Source: an uncultured Candidatus Saccharibacteria bacterium
Lineage (GTDB): Bacteria > Patescibacteriota > Dojkabacteria > SC72
DNA: 64,000 nucleotides
Direction of reading: 5' to 3'
NCBI GenBank assembly: GCA_964514595.1
Contig: CAZEQZ010000001.1
Location: 43,914-107,913 of the forward strand
Part shown: positions 60,464-64,000 of the stretch, piece by piece
How positions within the stretch are numbered: the first letter of the stretch is position 1
Layout of the letters: the number at the start of each line of letters is the position of its first letter
Translations under genes and position numbers: made by a program
Notes under the pieces: generated by a model
Databases searched by the model: none
Seen by the model: the letters and a program-made list of their open reading frames with translations, nothing else
What the model was told of the DNA's origin: nothing

Positions 60464-61483
60464 ATGATAGGGAAGAAATTAGGTATAGACCTAGGAACAG
60501 CAAATTCAGTAGTTTTTGTCCAAGGTGAGGGTATAGTTCTAGTAGAGCCTACGGTAGTGGCTATTGACGTAAATACATTCACAGTTATTGCTGTTGGGCA
60601 GAAGGCAAAGAAGATGATAGGGAAAACTCCAGAGAATATTGTTGCCAAAAGACCACTTAGAGATGGAGTTATAGCGGATTCTAGAGTAACGGAGGCATTG
60701 CTTAGGCACTTTTTTGATACAGCATTGGGTAAGTCAAGATTTTTTAAACCGGATGTTGTTATAAGTGTCCCTGCAGGTATTACTACCGTAGAGCAAAGGG
60801 CTGTATTAAAGGCTGCTAATGCCGTTGGATCTAAGAGTATAACCTTGCTTCCGGAACCACTATTGGCTGCATTGGGTGCAGGATTACCGATAGATAAGTC
60901 GGCAGGGAGTATGATTGTAAATATGGGAGGGGGTACAACAGAGGTCGCTGTTATGTCTTTGGATGGAATCGTGGAGTATGAATCGTTAAGGGTTGCAGGA
61001 GATGCGATAAATGAGGCTATTATCTCATTTATGCGAAAGAAGAAGGGGATATTAATAGGAGAGCAGACTGCTGAGAGTATTAAAATTAAGATAGGGTCAG
61101 CAGTTGAGGTTAAAGATCCAAAGGAGATGGAGGTGAGGGGTAGGGACGTAGGTGCCGGTATGCCTAAGTCTATAGTAGTAGATTCTAATGATGTAGCTAA
61201 AGCGGTAGAAATCCCTTTGAGAAATATTATTAAAGCAATACAAACTGTATTAGAAAAGACACCTCCCGAACTGTCTGCTGATATAATAGATAGAGGTATG
61301 GTTATGAGTGGTGGTACTGCTAAGCTTAGAAATTTGGATAGACTGTTTTCGAAAGCAACTGGTGTTCCGTCTCATGTAGCTGATGAACCTATATACTGTG
61401 TAGCGAAAGGTACAGGTATAGCATTGGAGCTTCTGGCTTCCGGTGAGAGAGTTTTTTCTTTTAATCGGGATTTTAGAAGGTAG
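60464..61483 (+). CDS. mreB: rod-shape determining actin homologue MreB
   Basis: IGIDLGTANS phosphate-1. NMGGGTTEVAV phosphate-2. Full actin/Hsp70-fold order. Confidence 0.9.
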   Translation: MIGKKLGIDLGTANSVVFVQGEGIVLVEPTVVAIDVNTFTVIAVGQKAKKMIGKTPENIVAKRPLRDGVIADSRVTEALLRHFFDTALGKSRFFKPDVVISVPAGITTVEQRAVLKAANAVGSKSITLLPEPLLAALGAGLPIDKSAGSMIVNMGGGTTEVAVMSLDGIVEYESLRVAGDAINEAIISFMRKKKGILIGEQTAESIKIKIGSAVEVKDPKEMEVRGRDVGAGMPKSIVVDSNDVAKAVEIPLRNIIKAIQTVLEKTPPELSADIIDRGMVMSGGTAKLRNLDRLFSKATGVPSHVADEPIYCVAKGTGIALELLASGERVFSFNRDFRR

Positions 61484-61516
61484 TTTTTTCATAAATATTT
61501 CAGTAGAATAGAGAGT

Positions 61517-62671
61517 ATGATTTTTAATAGGTCGAAAAAGGTTATGCAATTAGAGGAGGTTACAAACCTTTTAGATGAATTAAGGTTACCTACATCCCTC
61601 GTATTTACACCTACAAACCTAGATATTGAGAAAAAGAAATTTTTCAATTCTGATACATATAATCCTCAATTTCAGTATAGGATAGTTAAGAATGTAAATA
61701 GGGATGTATTAAAGAAATTATCTTCAGTGGAGGAGGTATCTGATGTGGATCCTAGGATTTCTGATTTCTATATTGAGCTTATACGTTCAAAAAAGGAAGC
61801 AAATGATTTGATGTATGCAGTAGGGGATAATGAGCTTATTACAGAAATCTCAACCAATAGGTATGGAAGACCTTCTGTTAAATTATTTAGAAATGCGTGT
61901 AGGGTGTTAAGGGGTAAGATGGATATCTATAATGTAGCAAAGCGAGTTAGTGCTGAGGAAAAGCCTCTTAAATATGATGAGATTGAAAGAGTTTTTGGAA
62001 TCGTATTTAAAGAATTGGGATTGGATGGATGGGCAGTAGATAAGTCTATGAATATTGCAAAGAATGGGGTAAAGGTTGGTATTAAGACAAAGAAGATTTT
62101 AGTAGATCCTAATATAGAGAGAAGTAAATTCAAGTTAAGGAAGACTATTATTCATGAGGTTGGTACGCATGTGTTAAGGGCTGAGAATGGTCTTAAGAGT
62201 GGTTTGGAAGCATTGAGTAAACCTAATTTGCCTTCCTATTTAGATGTAGAGGAGGGACTTGCTACTTGGAATGAGAATAATATGGGCCTATTGACAGAGA
62301 ATTGGTTAAAGAAGAAGGCTGCATTGGTATATGCTTTATATGTTGGAGAGGATATGAGTTTTAGACAACTATACAACTGTATGTTAGGAGTACTTCCTAA
62401 GTATGCCTCTTTTGATGTTGTTTATAGAGTAAAAAGGGGATTGAGTGATACATCGTATGGAGGGTTGTATGCTAAGGATATTGCATATTTTAGAGGTTTT
62501 AGAAGAGTGTTGAATAAATTAGAAAAGGATATATCTTTGTATGAATTACTTTACTCAGGAAAGATAGGTTTTGAGCAATGTGAATGGGTTAGGGAAGGCT
62601 TAATACCTAGGGCTAAGAATATTCCCACAAAGGAAAGATGGAATGAAATATTTAAGAAGGCTGGGATATAG
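61517..62671 (+). CDS. DUF1704-like putative zinc metallopeptidase (HExxH + QEGLA-like motif)
   Basis: IIHEVGTHVLRAENG (HExxH). LDVEEGLATWNE (QEGLA-like). Confidence 0.5.
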   Translation: MIFNRSKKVMQLEEVTNLLDELRLPTSLVFTPTNLDIEKKKFFNSDTYNPQFQYRIVKNVNRDVLKKLSSVEEVSDVDPRISDFYIELIRSKKEANDLMYAVGDNELITEISTNRYGRPSVKLFRNACRVLRGKMDIYNVAKRVSAEEKPLKYDEIERVFGIVFKELGLDGWAVDKSMNIAKNGVKVGIKTKKILVDPNIERSKFKLRKTIIHEVGTHVLRAENGLKSGLEALSKPNLPSYLDVEEGLATWNENNMGLLTENWLKKKAALVYALYVGEDMSFRQLYNCMLGVLPKYASFDVVYRVKRGLSDTSYGGLYAKDIAYFRGFRRVLNKLEKDISLYELLYSGKIGFEQCEWVREGLIPRAKNIPTKERWNEIFKKAGI

Positions 62672-62695
62672 TAGGTAAGTTTAGTACAGATTTTT

Positions 62696-63379
62696 ATGCT
62701 AGAAACTTCCAAAAGGATAAAGGCCATAGTTGAAAAAATGCTCAAAGAGAATCCTGATTCCTCACATGATATGGATCATGTCATGCGTGTTCTCAATATA
62801 GCCAAAAAAATTGCTAAGAGTGAGAATTCTATAAATATGGAAGTCTTGGAAGCGGCTACCTTATTACATGATATCGGGGGCCCTAAGGAAATGAATGATT
62901 CTAGCGGTAAGACTGATCATGCGGTGGAGAGTGCCAGAATGGCAAAGCCAATATTGGAGAAGTTAGATTTTGATGAAGTAGACATTGTGCATATCCAGGA
63001 ATGTATAATTTCGCATAGATATAAGACAAATAAAAGACCCAAAACAATAGAGGCTAAAATTTTATTTGATGCTGACAAGTTGGATTCCACAGGGGCTATC
63101 GGTATAGCTAGGGGTTTTTGCTGGGTAGGAAAAAATAATGCAGATATTTACAGAAGGGTGGATATAAATAAATATGTAAAGGAGAATATGGGAGGGAAGA
63201 TGAATGGTCGCATACAAGATAAAAGTAAACACAATACTTGGATAGAGTACAATATTAAGACTAAGTACTTGGCTGAGAAGTTATATACAAAAACTGCAAA
63301 AGAAATCTGTAAAGAGAGGCTATCTTTTACAAAAAGCTATCTGAAGAGACTGGAAAAAGAAATAAACGGGAAGCTATAA
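62696..63379 (+). CDS. HD-domain metal-dependent phosphohydrolase
   Basis: HDMDHVMRV ... LLHDIGG ... D-x-D downstream. Confidence 0.7.
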   Translation: MLETSKRIKAIVEKMLKENPDSSHDMDHVMRVLNIAKKIAKSENSINMEVLEAATLLHDIGGPKEMNDSSGKTDHAVESARMAKPILEKLDFDEVDIVHIQECIISHRYKTNKRPKTIEAKILFDADKLDSTGAIGIARGFCWVGKNNADIYRRVDINKYVKENMGGKMNGRIQDKSKHNTWIEYNIKTKYLAEKLYTKTAKEICKERLSFTKSYLKRLEKEINGKL

Positions 63380-63403
63380 TCCTGTAGGCCTTCGATGATT
63401 TAC

Positions 63404-63988
63404 CTACTCTCTAAATGCAGTAATAATTGCTTCTGCTATATTAACAGGTTCTCCCTCTATCTTCTGTTCATATGCCTTATACCCAGGATGAAAACTAATC
63501 TCTTGTACGTGGGGTTTGTCATGTATATACATAAAATCTACAGCCATAAAGTCAGCTTCTAACAATGAAGCAACCTTTTCTGCAATACCCTTTATCTCTT
63601 CATTTGGTTCATTGTACATCTCGTATTCTCCTCTAAGTACTGTCATAATACCTTCTGATGCTTTTCTTCTCCATCCTGCTACTACTTTTCCTAATTTAAC
63701 AAATATTCTCATATCTTCTCCTGCATCAGAAAACTCCTGTATAAAGAAATCAACCATGTTCTGCTCTGATAGTTTTTCCTGATCTATATCATCTTCTCTG
63801 TCCAGCTTAAATACATTCTTTTTCACTTTCTCCTTCCCATCTATGATTTCTAGACGATTCTTTCCGGTATATTCCTTAATTATTAGAGGGTACTCTTGTA
63901 GCATGTCTCTTTGGGCTTTGTAGTTACCATCGCTTCTGTAGTAGGTATTAAAGAAGGGAATATTATGCTTATTACAAAACATAGCCAT
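63404..63988 (-). CDS. ATP-grasp-fold protein, C-terminal part (gene probably extends beyond window end)
   Basis: C-terminal ATP-grasp-like blocks (DMRIFVKLGKVVAGWRRK ... MAVDFMYIHDKPHVQEISFHPG). ORF reaches the last 12 nt of the window. Confidence 0.45.
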   Translation of the reverse strand: MAMFCNKHNIPFFNTYYRSDGNYKAQRDMLQEYPLIIKEYTGKNRLEIIDGKEKVKKNVFKLDREDDIDQEKLSEQNMVDFFIQEFSDAGEDMRIFVKLGKVVAGWRRKASEGIMTVLRGEYEMYNEPNEEIKGIAEKVASLLEADFMAVDFMYIHDKPHVQEISFHPGYKAYEQKIEGEPVNIAEAIITAFRE

Positions 63989-64000
63989 CGCTATCTTGTT

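Overview
AT-rich bacterial window, standard genetic code (a 4117-aa ORF is uninterrupted). The gene content and style suggest a Candidate Phyla Radiation (Patescibacteria)-like organism; this is an inference from gene content, not a measured placement. Named below are a complete rRNA operon 16S, tRNA-Ile, tRNA-Ala, 23S, 5S at 2.9-8.3 kb and eleven tRNA genes in all (three Ala, four Arg including CCT, one Ile, one Pro). Housekeeping genes are endonuclease III-like, rpsA, clpC, radA, rho, LysM/M23 peptidase, leuS, cyclophilin, argS, rlmN, proS (archaeal type), uvrA, trpS and mreB. A comEA, comEC(membrane), comEC(MBL) DNA-uptake cluster has ComEC split into two overlapping ORFs. A form III / II-III-like RuBisCO large subunit lies at 51.6-53.0 kb. 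The accessory part is a 17-kb pair of giant, glycine-rich, modular surface-protein genes (4117 aa and 1636 aa). At 48.4-51.6 kb a smaller paralogue carries an N-terminal dockerin-like Ca-binding repeat pair, and next to it sit two divergently transcribed small surface-anchored proteins whose domains look cohesin-like, one with an LPESG sortase-type sorting signal. This is a candidate cohesin-dockerin-type cell-surface assembly system, which I regard as the most interesting and least described element here. No CRISPR array, no recognisable transposase or integrase, and no recoded stop codons were seen. All coordinates for RNA ends and promoters are hand-derived and approximate to a few nt.
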